A program made the position numbers and the translations under genes. Below, in pieces: positions 30,316 through 40,501 of a stretch of DNA of 64,000 nucleotides (positions are counted from its first letter, which is position 1; every line of letters starts with the position of its first letter). This stretch comes from Gammaproteobacteria bacterium (lineage in GTDB: Bacteria > Pseudomonadota > Gammaproteobacteria > Eutrophobiales > Eutrophobiaceae). The stretch is from NCBI GenBank assembly GCA_965221695.1, contig OZ244905.1:2944001-3008000 (forward strand), read 5' to 3'. The notes under the pieces were generated by a model. It was not told where the DNA came from. It saw nothing but the letters and a program-made list of their open reading frames with translations, and made no database searches.

Positions 30316-32193
30316 ATGTCAAACCAGCTAGAGACGCCTGTACTGGACGGGATTGATTCACCTGAGGATTTGCGGCGGTTGCCGGAAGAGCAACTGGAGC
30401 CGCTAGCGCAGGAGATGCGAGCCTTCCTGCTGCATTGGGCAAGCAGCAACAGCGGCCATTTTGCCGCCAGCCTGGGCGCCGTGGAACTGACCATTGCCCT
30501 GCACTATATCTACAATACGCCGGATGACCGGTTGGTTTGGGATGTAGGCCACCAGGCTTACGGGCACAAGATCCTTACCGGCCGCCGGGACCGCCTGCAC
30601 AGCATCAGGAAACACGGTGGGTTGGCGCCTTTTCCCAAGCGGGATGAGAGCCCGTATGATACTTTCGGCGTGGGCCATTCTAGCACGTCCATCAGCGCCG
30701 CCCTGGGTATGGCCATCGCCGCCCGCAATACCGGTAGTGAGCGCAAATGCGTCGCTATCATTGGCGACGGCGGCATGACCGCAGGTATGGCTTTCGAAGC
30801 CCTGAACCATGCCGGCGATACCCGCGCAAACCTGCTGGTGATTTTGAACGATAACAACATGTCGATCTCGCCCAACGTGGGCGCGCTCGCGAACCGCTTC
30901 GCCCAGTTGTTGTCCGGTAAGGTTTATACCACCGTGCGGGAGCAGGGAATGAAAGTCTTGTCCAAGGTACCGGGAGCGCTGGAGCTCTCCCGGCGCGCGG
31001 AAGAACATATAAAAGGCATGATCGTTCCGGGCGCCCTGTTTGAGGAATTCGGTTTCAATTACATCGGCCCGGTGGACGGCCACCACCTGCCTACCCTGCT
31101 GGCGACCATCCGCAATATCAGCCAGTTGGAAGGGCCTCAGTTCCTGCACATCATAACCCGCAAGGGCAAGGGCTATGGTCCGGCGGAGGATGACCCGGTG
31201 AAATGGCATGCGGTGAGCAAGCCGTTCGACCCGGAGACCGGCAAGGCCGCAGCTTCCAAGCCTGCGCAACCCCCCAAACCTACGTACAGCCAGGTGTTCA
31301 GCGACTGGGTCTGCGATATGGCGGCCCTGGACCCGCGCCTGGTGGCGATAACGCCGGCCATGCGCGAAGGGTCCGGGCTGGTGCGCTTCGAACAGGAGTA
31401 CCCGGATCGCTATTTTGACGTGGCCATAGCCGAACAGCACAGTGTTGCCGTGGCCGCGGGCATGGCCTGTGATGGCCTCAAGCCGGTGGTCGCGATCTAT
31501 TCAACCTTCTTACAACGGGCTTACGACCAGGTGGTGCATGACGTCGTGAACCAGAAATTACCGGTGCTGTTCGCGATTGACCGGGCCGGCGTGGTCGGCG
31601 CTGACGGCCCCACCCACAACGGTTCCTATGATTTCTGTTACCTGCGTTGTCTGCCACATATGGTGGTGATGGCGCCGGCGGATGAGAATGAATGCCGGCA
31701 GATGCTGTACACGGGCTTTTTACTGGATCAACCGGTAGCAGTGCGCTATCCCCGGGGCGCCGGCCCGGGGGCGGTTGTCGAGCAAGAAATGACCGCGCTG
31801 CCGCTGGGCAAGGGAGAAGTGCGCCGGCTGGGTGAAAAAATTGCGTTGCTGGCCTTCGGCAATGTATTGAAGACAGCGTTGGAAGTGGGCGAGGAACTGG
31901 GCGCGACGGTTGCCAATATGCGTTTTGTGAAACCGCTGGACGAGGAGTTGGTTGCCGAACTGGCTGCGTCCCATGACCTGCTGGTGACCGTGGAAGAAAA
32001 CGTGATACAAGGCGGCGCCGGCAGCGCGGTGAATGAATGTGTTGTCTCACTGGGTATTGATCAGCGTATCCTGAACTACGGCTTGCCGGACCTACTGCTG
32101 CAACACGGCTCCCAGCAAGACATGCTGAATGAGGCAAAACTGACCAGAGAAGGGTTACTGGAGTATATTAAGGGCGCATTAAAACCCTCCTGA
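30316..32193 (+). CDS. dxs: 1-deoxy-D-xylulose-5-phosphate synthase
   Basis: [24 protein letters not shown]...EA.N, IAEQH, YSTFLQR.YDQ and DRAG..G.DGPTH. Confidence 0.97.
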   Translation: MSNQLETPVLDGIDSPEDLRRLPEEQLEPLAQEMRAFLLHWASSNSGHFAASLGAVELTIALHYIYNTPDDRLVWDVGHQAYGHKILTGRRDRLHSIRKHGGLAPFPKRDESPYDTFGVGHSSTSISAALGMAIAARNTGSERKCVAIIGDGGMTAGMAFEALNHAGDTRANLLVILNDNNMSISPNVGALANRFAQLLSGKVYTTVREQGMKVLSKVPGALELSRRAEEHIKGMIVPGALFEEFGFNYIGPVDGHHLPTLLATIRNISQLEGPQFLHIITRKGKGYGPAEDDPVKWHAVSKPFDPETGKAAASKPAQPPKPTYSQVFSDWVCDMAALDPRLVAITPAMREGSGLVRFEQEYPDRYFDVAIAEQHSVAVAAGMACDGLKPVVAIYSTFLQRAYDQVVHDVVNQKLPVLFAIDRAGVVGADGPTHNGSYDFCYLRCLPHMVVMAPADENECRQMLYTGFLLDQPVAVRYPRGAGPGAVVEQEMTALPLGKGEVRRLGEKIALLAFGNVLKTALEVGEELGATVANMRFVKPLDEELVAELAASHDLLVTVEENVIQGGAGSAVNECVVSLGIDQRILNYGLPDLLLQHGSQQDMLNEAKLTREGLLEYIKGALKPS

Positions 32194-32213
32194 TCCGGGC
32201 TTCTCTTATACCA

Positions 32214-32410
32214 GCGGGAATCCGGTCAGATAATGTGTCGCCCGGGGGGCGACCGGTTGTTTCACTGGATTCCCACTTCCCAGCCTGCCCCCGTATGGCG
32301 TTGAGCGGGGGCGGGAATGGGGTGGGGGGCGCTTGGGTGAACCCCGCTACCGTACCACTCCCGCGAAAGCGGGAGTCCAGTCAAATACTGGGTCGCCCGC
32401 AGGGCGACTC
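32214..32410. repeat. Composite REP-like element, family A (longest copy)
   Basis: gcgggaatcc...actggattcccacttcc[cagcctgcccccgtatggcgttgagcggggg]cgggaat...ccactcccgcgaaagcgggagtccagtc...gtcgcccgcagggcgac; between convergent dxs and aepY. Confidence 0.8.
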
Positions 32411-33623
32411 ATTTTATATGCGCCATCAAGCGGCGCAGGACATCGCTGGGTGATGTATCCGGGCGGGGCAGGTTGCCGGGTATGCCGGGCGCGATTCTCA
32501 GGTGCGCGAAGCGAGGGCCATCCAGGTCTTTGTGGGCATATAATTTCCTGATCACGGCGAGGTCCGTCCCATCCATGGCCATGCTGTAGCCGCAGGCCGC
32601 GGCGATATCGGCAAAACTGACGTTGGCCGAGACGGTGGCCTGGGCGCCGGTTGATTCATGCACGCCGTTATCCAGCAACAAGTGAGTCAGATTGCCCCGG
32701 CCGTAGCTGCCGAGGGTGGCGAAATTGCCCATGCGCATCAGACCGGCCCCGTCGCCGTCCACCACGGTAACTTGCAGTTCGGGGCAGGCCAGGGATAGGC
32801 CCAGGGCAAAGGCAGACGCGCATCCCATCGAACCGACCATGTAGAGCTGGTTGTCGCGGTCGTCGATGGCGAACAACTCCCGCCCGGTGTAACCTGTAGT
32901 CCCGATCAGGACGGATGTATCTACCGGGGTATGGCTGATTATCTCCGTGAGCGCTTGCCTCCGGGTTAGTCCCGACGGCGTCCCCAGAATTCTCTTGTGA
33001 CCGAAAAGGCGCGCTTTGAATCGATGAGCGAGGCGGTTTAGACCCGCCGGCGTTCCCTCAATTCTGTTGCGGTGGCGCCAGACCGCGGATCGGTCGGGGA
33101 TGGAATCGCGTTGCAGCGCATGCGGCGCCACAGTTCCCTGCTCCATCAGCAGCGCGTAGGGTTTTTGCTGTTCGGCGCAATAGCGCTGCGCTCGCTCCAG
33201 TACCGGGCCGATGTCCTTTTCGGTGGCTGGGAACGGTTCCCACGGAATTTCCATCAGGTCGAACAGGTCGCCGGTGATCTTCCCCATCAGTTCATGCTGC
33301 GGTTCGTCCCGGCGTCCGGGCTTGCCGCGGTGGGTGACAATCAGCAATATCGGAATGGAAAAGGTCTGCGTCAGCGATGTCAGCGGATTCACCGCATTGC
33401 CCAGGCCCGAGTTCTGCATCATCGCTACCGCGGGCGCGCCGCCCGTGCATAAACCGGCAGCCGTGGCCACGGCATCGCCCTCATTGGCGGAAGAGATGTA
33501 GGCCAGGTTATCGTCATTGATCACGTAGTTGATGAACGGAGTCAGGTAGGAGCAAGGCACCCCAGTGTAATGGGAAAATCCGTGCTCCCGCGCCGCTTCG
33601 ATGAATGCCTCAGCGTCGATCAT
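32409..33623 (-). CDS. aepY: Phosphonopyruvate decarboxylase (ThDP)
   Basis: GVPCSYL, ANEGDAVA, MQNSGLGNAVNPLTSL, DEPQH..MG, TTGYTGREL, YMVGSMG, DGDG and HESTG.Q. Confidence 0.93.
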   Translation of the reverse strand: MIDAEAFIEAAREHGFSHYTGVPCSYLTPFINYVINDDNLAYISSANEGDAVATAAGLCTGGAPAVAMMQNSGLGNAVNPLTSLTQTFSIPILLIVTHRGKPGRRDEPQHELMGKITGDLFDLMEIPWEPFPATEKDIGPVLERAQRYCAEQQKPYALLMEQGTVAPHALQRDSIPDRSAVWRHRNRIEGTPAGLNRLAHRFKARLFGHKRILGTPSGLTRRQALTEIISHTPVDTSVLIGTTGYTGRELFAIDDRDNQLYMVGSMGCASAFALGLSLACPELQVTVVDGDGAGLMRMGNFATLGSYGRGNLTHLLLDNGVHESTGAQATVSANVSFADIAAACGYSMAMDGTDLAVIRKLYAHKDLDGPRFAHLRIAPGIPGNLPRPDTSPSDVLRRLMAHIK

Positions 33624-33627
33624 TTCG

Positions 33628-35253
33628 CTAATCCGAAGTAAAATCCCCGGCGCGGTCGATATCGTTGACGTTGTTCACATCCAGCCAATGCCCGTTGATA
33701 TAGTGCACAGTGACCGGGCGGCCGTTTGTTGCCAGGTGGTTAAGCAGGTCCGGCAGGGTCAGCCTGTCATAGCCGGGCCGGGCTTCCAGTTCGTCCAGCG
33801 CCTGTTCCAACCATAGTTTACCCTGTGACCTGACCCGCATCATACCGGTCCAGCGGCCGCAGGGCGGATCCTGCTCGGCGCTCTCTTCGGATACCCGTTG
33901 CAGGCGAACATCCTGCATGAACATGGAACGGTCATCGGGCCGGTCGCACCAGGCATAGTCGGGTGTGCCGGTGATATCAGCCTCGTTGAGCAGGGAGTCG
34001 ACGACGATGACAATTTCGCCGTCCCGCTCCAGCAGGTCTTGCAGGATGTATGACCGAAACAGCAGGTCGCCGTATATGATCACCATGTCGTCGCTGAACT
34101 TGTCCCTGGCACAGGCCAGGGAATAGAGTTCTCCCGTGGTTTCGTAACGGGTATTGATGCGGATGTCGACCCCGCTGATATCCAGCGTTTCCGACTTGTA
34201 CCCGGCAATCACCGTGATGTCATTGACGAAGCGCTTTTTGAATTCGTCCACCAGTCGTTGCAGCAGCGGTTTGCCGCGGATTTTCAGCATCGCCTTGGGC
34301 CGGTCTTCGGTCAACTCGTAAAGGTTGTTGCCGCGACTCGCGGCCAGCACCAGCGCGCGGCAGTCCCCGGTTGCGTTCAGGTAGCGCTCCTGTGCCCACT
34401 GGAGCTCGTCCGCGCCCTGTAACTGGAAGATGCTGTCCACCTTGGTGATACGGTCTTCAACGCCGGTCAGGGTTTCTTGGGAGTAGATCTCCCTGCTGAC
34501 ATGTTCCATCGCCTTGACCGAGGCGCGGATCATATGGTTGGCCCAGATGACCAGGCTGATCCCGGCCTTGCGAAATACGTCCACCGGTGTGCTGTAGTAT
34601 TTCGTCGGGACGATGACCAGCGGACAGGCGCCATCCCAGGCTTCGGCAAATGCGAGCACTTCGTCCGCGCGCGCTTGTTTGCTGTGTATCAGGATGGCGT
34701 CGGCGCCGGCCTCGCAATAGGCGCTTGCCCGCTTCAGGGCTTCGTCCATGCCCCAGCCCGCGATCAATGCCTCCACGCGCGCGACGATGCAGAAGTCCGG
34801 ATCAAGCTGGCTGTCCTTGCCGGCCCGGATCTTGCCGCTGAACTCGTTGATGTCGGCCAGGGCCTGTTTGCCACTGTCGATGAAGCTGTTGGTCTTGGGA
34901 AATTCCTTGTCTTCGATGCAGACCCCGGCAATGCCTCGCTGTTCGAGTTTTCTCACCAGGCGCCGCATGTTGTTGAAGTTGCCGTAACCGGTATCGCCAT
35001 CCAGCAGGATCGGGATGTCCGTAGCGTCGGACATGAACTCCAGCATGTCCACGACCTGGGTCCAGCTTGCTTCGTTGCTGTCCCTGACGCAGAACTGCGC
35101 GGACATGGCCAGGCCACTCGCCCAGATCCCCTTGAAACCGGCCTGCTGCACGAGTTTTGCCGAGATTCCATTATGGGCTTCCAGGATAAACGCCAGTTCG
35201 GGCGATTCGAGCAGTTCCCGCAACTGTTTGCTTTTACTGAGCTTCTGCTTCAT
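33628..35253 (-). CDS. pepM: Phosphoenolpyruvate mutase fused to a C-terminal nucleotidyltransferase domain
   Basis: [21 protein letters not shown] and diagnostic [11 protein letters not shown]-terminal half has LAASRG..L..LT.DRPK, YGDLLF and W.DVN. Confidence 0.95.
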   Translation of the reverse strand: MKQKLSKSKQLRELLESPELAFILEAHNGISAKLVQQAGFKGIWASGLAMSAQFCVRDSNEASWTQVVDMLEFMSDATDIPILLDGDTGYGNFNNMRRLVRKLEQRGIAGVCIEDKEFPKTNSFIDSGKQALADINEFSGKIRAGKDSQLDPDFCIVARVEALIAGWGMDEALKRASAYCEAGADAILIHSKQARADEVLAFAEAWDGACPLVIVPTKYYSTPVDVFRKAGISLVIWANHMIRASVKAMEHVSREIYSQETLTGVEDRITKVDSIFQLQGADELQWAQERYLNATGDCRALVLAASRGNNLYELTEDRPKAMLKIRGKPLLQRLVDEFKKRFVNDITVIAGYKSETLDISGVDIRINTRYETTGELYSLACARDKFSDDMVIIYGDLLFRSYILQDLLERDGEIVIVVDSLLNEADITGTPDYAWCDRPDDRSMFMQDVRLQRVSEESAEQDPPCGRWTGMMRVRSQGKLWLEQALDELEARPGYDRLTLPDLLNHLATNGRPVTVHYINGHWLDVNNVNDIDRAGDFTSD

Positions 35254-35993
35254 TTCGGGATACTATTCTCATATATTTCCGCAGCGCGCGCCATGTCTGC
35301 GGGAAAATCTATCTCAATCCAGTTGCGGCCGGTGATGTCCTCAACGTGGAACAGTTCAGGTGTTTCCCTGAGCAGGTCGCGGATCGCTTCCTCGTAGGGC
35401 GCTTCCTCCAGGTTATTTTCCAGGTACTCCTCCAATTTGCGCGCCAGCCGCGCTGATGTGGCGGCATCGAAACGGAAGAAGCCCACGGACTCGCCCTGGT
35501 AATCCCAGCTTATCGCCGGGTCAGGTATCTTCCTGAATTCCACCGGCGTGGCGCCGGCGATGCACAGTTTTACCGGCTCATCGCCGGGTTCGAAGTCCCG
35601 GTCCAGCAGAAAACAGTTGGCGGCGCGCGTGTCGAATAACCTGCCCAGGATTTCCGGTTCATACAACACATCGGCATCCATCAGGATGGTGTCGGTCCCG
35701 TCGGCGAGCAGTGCGGAAGCGCAGCGCAGACTCACGATACTGCCTTGCTCATAGTCCGGGTTGACGGTGGTTTCGATGGGCGCGCGGCTTTCGATCTGCG
35801 CCAACGCCGCGCCTATCTGCTCGTGCCGGTAACCTGTCACGATGAATATACGCTCAATGCCCAGTGTATTCAGGTTCTCAATATGCCGTTGCAGCAGAGT
35901 TTTTTCTCCGAACTGCAACAGACACTTGGGCCGTCCTGCGGCAGTATCCCCCAGGCGCTGCCCGCGCCCTGCGGCCAGGATGATCGCTTTCAT
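35250..35993 (-). CDS. Phosphocholine/phosphonate cytidylyltransferase family (LicC/PntC-like)
   Basis: [31 protein letters not shown] and WIEIDFP.D; translationally coupled to pepM. Confidence 0.88.
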   Translation of the reverse strand: MKAIILAAGRGQRLGDTAAGRPKCLLQFGEKTLLQRHIENLNTLGIERIFIVTGYRHEQIGAALAQIESRAPIETTVNPDYEQGSIVSLRCASALLADGTDTILMDADVLYEPEILGRLFDTRAANCFLLDRDFEPGDEPVKLCIAGATPVEFRKIPDPAISWDYQGESVGFFRFDAATSARLARKLEEYLENNLEEAPYEEAIRDLLRETPELFHVEDITGRNWIEIDFPADMARAAEIYENSIPK

Positions 35994-37654
35994 AAACGCG
36001 CCCGACGATATCTGTTCATCAATTGCTCCGTGGACGAGTCATGGGAGCCGGGCGCGGCGTCGCCGGCAAGTTCCCCGGCTATCTCTGCCGCCAGGGTCTT
36101 TCCCAGTTCCACGCCCCACTGATCGAAGGGGTTGATGCCCCAGATCGCGGCTTCCACGAAGGTTTTGTGCTCGTACAGGGCCAGCAGCATGCCCAGGGTG
36201 TACGGGTCCAGGCGATCATACAGGATGGTGGCGCTTGGGCGGTTACCGTCGAAGTGGCGGTGGGGTTCTGCCGTATTGGTACTGCCCCGCATCAGGGCTT
36301 CGCCCTGGGCCAGGCAGTTGGCGACTAACAGTTCGTGCTGTTTCATATCATGACGACTGCCCAGAGGCAGCAGAAAATCGATGGAGGCGACGCGCGCGCC
36401 CTGGTGTAGGAATTGGAAAACAGCATGTTGCGCCGGGCTGCCGACCCCGCCCCAGATCACCTGGGAGGTCTGCACGTCCAGCTTGCTGCCACCGGCGCCG
36501 ACCGACTTGCCGTTGCTCTCCATCACCAACTGGCCCAGGTAGGCCGGCAATCGCTCCAGCCTCTGGTCGTAGGGGATGATGGCATGCGTGCCGATGCCAA
36601 GAAAATTGTTGTGCCAGATACTGATCAAGCCCAGAATCACGGGGAGGTTGCCGCGGAGTTCGGCTGACGCAAAGTGCGTATCCAGCGCGTGCGCGCCGGC
36701 CAGGAACTGTTTGAATCGGGTTTCGCCGATGCTGATCACCGCGCTTGTGCCGATGCAGGACCAGATTGAATAGCGCCCGCCGGTCCAGTCCTCGATCCTG
36801 AAATAACGCGCTTCATCGATGCCGAAACGCGCCACCGCAGCGGCGTTGCCGGACACGGCCAGGAAGTGAAGTCTTGGGTCCGCGCAGCCATTGTCCCGCA
36901 GCCAGTCCTGCGCGCGCCGGGCATTGACCAGGGTTTCTGATGTGCTGAAGGACTTGGATGCAACAATGAACAGCGTTGTCTCCGGGTCGGCTTGCGCCAG
37001 CACGCGTTCGATATCAAACGGGTCGATATTGGCGACGAAATCAATGTCTATGCCATCTTCGTGGAATTCGGATAATGCCTCGACCAGCAGGCGCGGACCC
37101 AGGTCCGAACCGCCGATACCGATATTCACCACCTTGGTCAGGGGTTTTCCGCTGGCGCCACTGATTTCTCCGGCGCGCAAGCGTTGGATAAATGCGAACA
37201 TCCGCTCGCGTTCCTGCCGCGCCTGGAGGACTATCTCGGACAATTCATAGTTGTCTTTTGAATTGTGTGGTTGTCCTGTGGATTGTGTGGTTGTCCCATC
37301 AATTGTGTGGTTGTCCTGAATTAGGTGGGTATCATCGGGCTCCCGAAGCAAGGCATGCAGGGCAGGGCGGCGTTCTGTGGTGTTGATCGCGTGTCCTGAG
37401 AATAATTCGCTGATCCTGTCACGTAATCCGCGTTCTTGCGCCAGGTCCAGCAACAGCGCCAGGACCTCGTCGGTGATAAGATATTTTGAGAAATCGACAA
37501 AAATCCGCTCCAGGCCCAGTGCAAACCTCTGCGCTCGCCCGGGATCCCGCATAAACTCCTCGCACAACTGTAATCCGTCCAGTTGTTGCCGGCGCTCCGC
37601 CAACCGGCGCCAGGCCACAGTCTGCTCCGGTGTGATGTCGTTTTGTTTGGTCAT
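35990..37654 (-). CDS. pgi: Glucose-6-phosphate isomerase with internal tandem-repeat insertion
   Basis: IGIGGSDLGP, ASKSFST.ET, GGRYS, QL.MESNGK, QH..FQ..HQG and INPFDQWGVELGK. Confidence 0.94.
   Translation of the reverse strand: MTKQNDITPEQTVAWRRLAERRQQLDGLQLCEEFMRDPGRAQRFALGLERIFVDFSKYLITDEVLALLLDLAQERGLRDRISELFSGHAINTTERRPALHALLREPDDTHLIQDNHTIDGTTTQSTGQPHNSKDNYELSEIVLQARQERERMFAFIQRLRAGEISGASGKPLTKVVNIGIGGSDLGPRLLVEALSEFHEDGIDIDFVANIDPFDIERVLAQADPETTLFIVASKSFSTSETLVNARRAQDWLRDNGCADPRLHFLAVSGNAAAVARFGIDEARYFRIEDWTGGRYSIWSCIGTSAVISIGETRFKQFLAGAHALDTHFASAELRGNLPVILGLISIWHNNFLGIGTHAIIPYDQRLERLPAYLGQLVMESNGKSVGAGGSKLDVQTSQVIWGGVGSPAQHAVFQFLHQGARVASIDFLLPLGSRHDMKQHELLVANCLAQGEALMRGSTNTAEPHRHFDGNRPSATILYDRLDPYTLGMLLALYEHKTFVEAAIWGINPFDQWGVELGKTLAAEIAGELAGDAAPGSHDSSTEQLMNRYRRARL
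37241..37335. repeat. ~20-bp tandem repeat (aattgtgtggttgtcc core) inside pgi
   Basis: Units at 37261, 37281 and 37301, plus degenerate units at 37241 and 37319. Confidence 0.85.
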
Positions 37655-37774
37655 AGGGGAAAATTCAACAATTATAGCCATAACTTCACATTAAGTGCTC
37701 TAAACTTCAGACGTTATTGAATTGCTGTAAATGCTACAGAACAAATGACATCAAGCTATGGGAGTGATACTTGT

Positions 37775-37809
37775 TTAGGGAACCTCTGATTAAGTCAGAG
37801 TTTCCTTAG
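37775..37809. mobile_element. 27-bp minimal palindromic element with TTAG duplication
   Basis: ttag-GGAACCTCTGATTAAGTCAGAGTTTCC-ttag. Confidence 0.75.
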
Positions 37810-37881
37810 CTATACTGCGTGGGTGAAAGTTGATTTTGACAGTGTGCGCGAGGACAGTCAGACGGTATTGTCGCGCAAGTT

Positions 37882-39075
37882 TCAGAGGCGCCGATCTGCG
37901 TTTTGGCAGGCTTCGGAAAAAATCCGAACGGGTGGCCGGTAAATTCCACCACCGATACGGCCCTGTTTGCCCTCAATATCAAGCACACCGAGCGATATGA
38001 TCGGAGCGCTGTTTGTTTCCAACGTCCGCGTTGCAGTCAGGCCGAACAACACCTCGTTCTGCGTGAAGCCACCGTGCTTCCTGGCCAGGAGTTGATCCGG
38101 TAGAGTCAGCGCGTCATGAGGGATTACGGGGGCGAATAATTTCTGCTGGGCCGGCGCGAAGTTCAATGCCATCGCTCCCAGACCAAGCGCATCAATCAGC
38201 GCGCTGTCTCCAATCGCCCCCAGGGCATTGCCCGATGTAAATCCCTGGTTATAGATGGCATCTGGCGCTGCTGCGGGCGCCGTAAACCAGCGTCCGGGCA
38301 GTCCCGAAACCTGTAAACCGAACTCGATACCATTGCCCCCCATTGCTGTAATTACGCAACTTCCTTGCAGGCTTCTGGCTGCTTCCACGATGGTTTTTAC
38401 CGCGGCCATCCACAGGTTGAGAAAAAACGGTGGCGTGTTTTCAATGTAGTCGATAACTTGATGTGCATGCGCAATGCCGGCCAGACGGGTCTTTATTTGA
38501 TCTAAAAGCCGCAAAGTGGAGGCATATGTCCTGCCATGGCAGTCGTCACCCTCACTCAATCCAAAATCAGCTATCGGGATGAGTGAAATCCCTTCTTCAG
38601 GTATCGCCTGTCGCAGGACTTCACTGAAGCGACCATTCAACCAGCGCAAATGGTTGAGCACATCAGGATTGCACAGCCCAAACCGCAGAGCATGTTTCAT
38701 CCCTCCGTTGATGGCGCTGACTGCCTTCAGGCGGGGATTGTTTTCATCGGTAACAACCAGGACCGGCATTGAGGGAGAAAGCGTTGCCGCCAACGGTACC
38801 ATCGCACACAGATCCTGAGCCGGCCTCAGAGTCAGATCCCCGGCGAGCAGCATTTCTCGCGCTTGTTGCTTGTCATCTGCCCAGCCTTCATACAGGATTG
38901 CCATGACCGCGGAATTAACCATTGCTTCAGCCATATTTTCCGGATGCACTGGCGGCCCCGCATGCAGTATCATCCGCTCACCGATAGGAATCGCGTGATC
39001 AGCTCGCGTTATTCCCTTCCACACCGGATTGACATTTTCCATTACGTCCAGGGCTTGCAGATCATTCACATTCAC
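37882..39075 (-). CDS. DUF1116 (YlbE/AllG-like) protein
   Basis: ILHAGPP, YEGWA, LRFG, GDDCHGR, FFLNL.MAA, GNG..FG.Q.SG, IGDSA and G.IGGG. Confidence 0.8.
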   Translation of the reverse strand: MNVNDLQALDVMENVNPVWKGITRADHAIPIGERMILHAGPPVHPENMAEAMVNSAVMAILYEGWADDKQQAREMLLAGDLTLRPAQDLCAMVPLAATLSPSMPVLVVTDENNPRLKAVSAINGGMKHALRFGLCNPDVLNHLRWLNGRFSEVLRQAIPEEGISLIPIADFGLSEGDDCHGRTYASTLRLLDQIKTRLAGIAHAHQVIDYIENTPPFFLNLWMAAVKTIVEAARSLQGSCVITAMGGNGIEFGLQVSGLPGRWFTAPAAAPDAIYNQGFTSGNALGAIGDSALIDALGLGAMALNFAPAQQKLFAPVIPHDALTLPDQLLARKHGGFTQNEVLFGLTATRTLETNSAPIISLGVLDIEGKQGRIGGGIYRPPVRIFSEACQNADRRL

Positions 39076-39118
39076 GAAGATAAGACTGGTCCGAATTTAA
39101 GGAAGCTCTGACTTAATC

Positions 39119-40477
39119 TCAGAGGTTACTTAGTTCTTTTACAAATTTGTCAATTTGCTGCTTTATTTGCTCAACTCTATCTGCTTGCTCCTGGTAATCG
39201 CCATTGATGATGATCTCTGTGATGCGTTTACCGATTTGCTTCAGAACAACCTGCTCATTTTCCTCACTGATGCCGGACACCTTGATCACCGTGTCATGAC
39301 AGTACGTGGGAATCGTTCCGTCCGGAAGACTCTTCACAGGCTGTTCCTCTGGTTTTCCGTCATTGAGGCAATCCACACTGCGCCGCAGGCGCTGACGTAA
39401 CTGCATTACGCCGCGATCGCCGAACGTCAGATGCTCCAGGTTGTGGTTGGCAATATTTCCCTGGGAAACCTGCGCATCATAATCTCCGGGTTCCTTTTGT
39501 CTGTCAGCGTAGGCCCGTTCTCCGGTCTGCCCAAAAAAGTCGACTTTTTCCAGACCACATTCAGTTTCATCATGCAGGCCGTCCGGGTTCTGGTCTTCAT
39601 TAAAATGGCGCCAACCGATTATCTTGCAGGTTTCATTATCCACGGGCGTCGTCCAGCGCGTGATGCCTACCCGTCCGATGTTTCCGAAATTCTTGAGACG
39701 TTCTCCCCCTTCCAATATGTATCCTACCTGAGCCAGATTAGGGAGAATGATGTCATTGGAACGAATCCAGACATGGTCTCCCTGGCGCCGTGTTGTGATA
39801 TAAATCATCCCTGTCGGTGTATCCTGCCATTGCAGGTCCGGCAACAGACCCCAGGTATCGGTAAAGTGGCTGAATGTCACGCGGGTGTGTAAAAATACCG
39901 CATGGACCGGATCCATCACATTTTCATGAACCTGCAGCCAGTTACAGGGATAAGTCAGACTGTACGGAACGAGTTTGTCCCCTGGAATCTCATAACTGTC
40001 GTATATCGGGAAATCGGGGATGTCTTCCGGCGGCCCGAAATAGCCAAAAACGAGTCCTTTATACTCGAGCGCGGGATAAGCAGGGTGGCATAATTGATTC
40101 TTGATTTTACTGGACGGTGGGTCACCCGGAGTATCCAGGAGCTGACCGTCAACCGCGAAATGCCAACCGTGGTAGCAGCACCTGATTCCTTGATCCGATG
40201 GAATTCCGAATTCAAGTGAAGATCCCCGGTGTGAGCAATGCCGCGCAAGGATCGCAACATCATTACGGCTGGTCCTGAAGACGACCAGTTCCTCCCCGAA
40301 CATCCGGAAAGCCTTGGGCGATACTTCTATCTCCGAACATAATGCCACGGGCTGCCAGACCCGCCGCAGAACCTCTCCCATGGGCGCCTTGTTTTCAACC
40401 GCGGTCAGAGTCAGATCAAGCTCGGGTTCAGTATGATAATAGCCGCCGAACGGTTGGGTGAGAAAAGCTTTTTTCAT
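39119..40477 (-). CDS. Rieske non-heme iron oxygenase, alpha subunit (phthalate/vanillate-type)
   Basis: CSHRG...CCYHGW Rieske ligands; ENVMDPVHAVFLH mononuclear iron site. Confidence 0.92.
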   Translation of the reverse strand: MKKAFLTQPFGGYYHTEPELDLTLTAVENKAPMGEVLRRVWQPVALCSEIEVSPKAFRMFGEELVVFRTSRNDVAILARHCSHRGSSLEFGIPSDQGIRCCYHGWHFAVDGQLLDTPGDPPSSKIKNQLCHPAYPALEYKGLVFGYFGPPEDIPDFPIYDSYEIPGDKLVPYSLTYPCNWLQVHENVMDPVHAVFLHTRVTFSHFTDTWGLLPDLQWQDTPTGMIYITTRRQGDHVWIRSNDIILPNLAQVGYILEGGERLKNFGNIGRVGITRWTTPVDNETCKIIGWRHFNEDQNPDGLHDETECGLEKVDFFGQTGERAYADRQKEPGDYDAQVSQGNIANHNLEHLTFGDRGVMQLRQRLRRSVDCLNDGKPEEQPVKSLPDGTIPTYCHDTVIKVSGISEENEQVVLKQIGKRITEIIINGDYQEQADRVEQIKQQIDKFVKELSNL

Positions 40478-40501
40478 AAATACTCTGCGATGTCGGCGAG
40501 A

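Noticed and set aside
33628-35253. Call as isocitrate or methylisocitrate lyase (glcB is in the window)
   Set aside because: EDKxFPKxNS is diagnostic of PEP mutase, and the KKCGH motif of isocitrate lyase is absent.
37241-37335. Possible mini-CRISPR array
   Set aside because: 16-nt core with only 4-nt variable parts, inside an intact CDS, and no cas genes; it is a tandem repeat.
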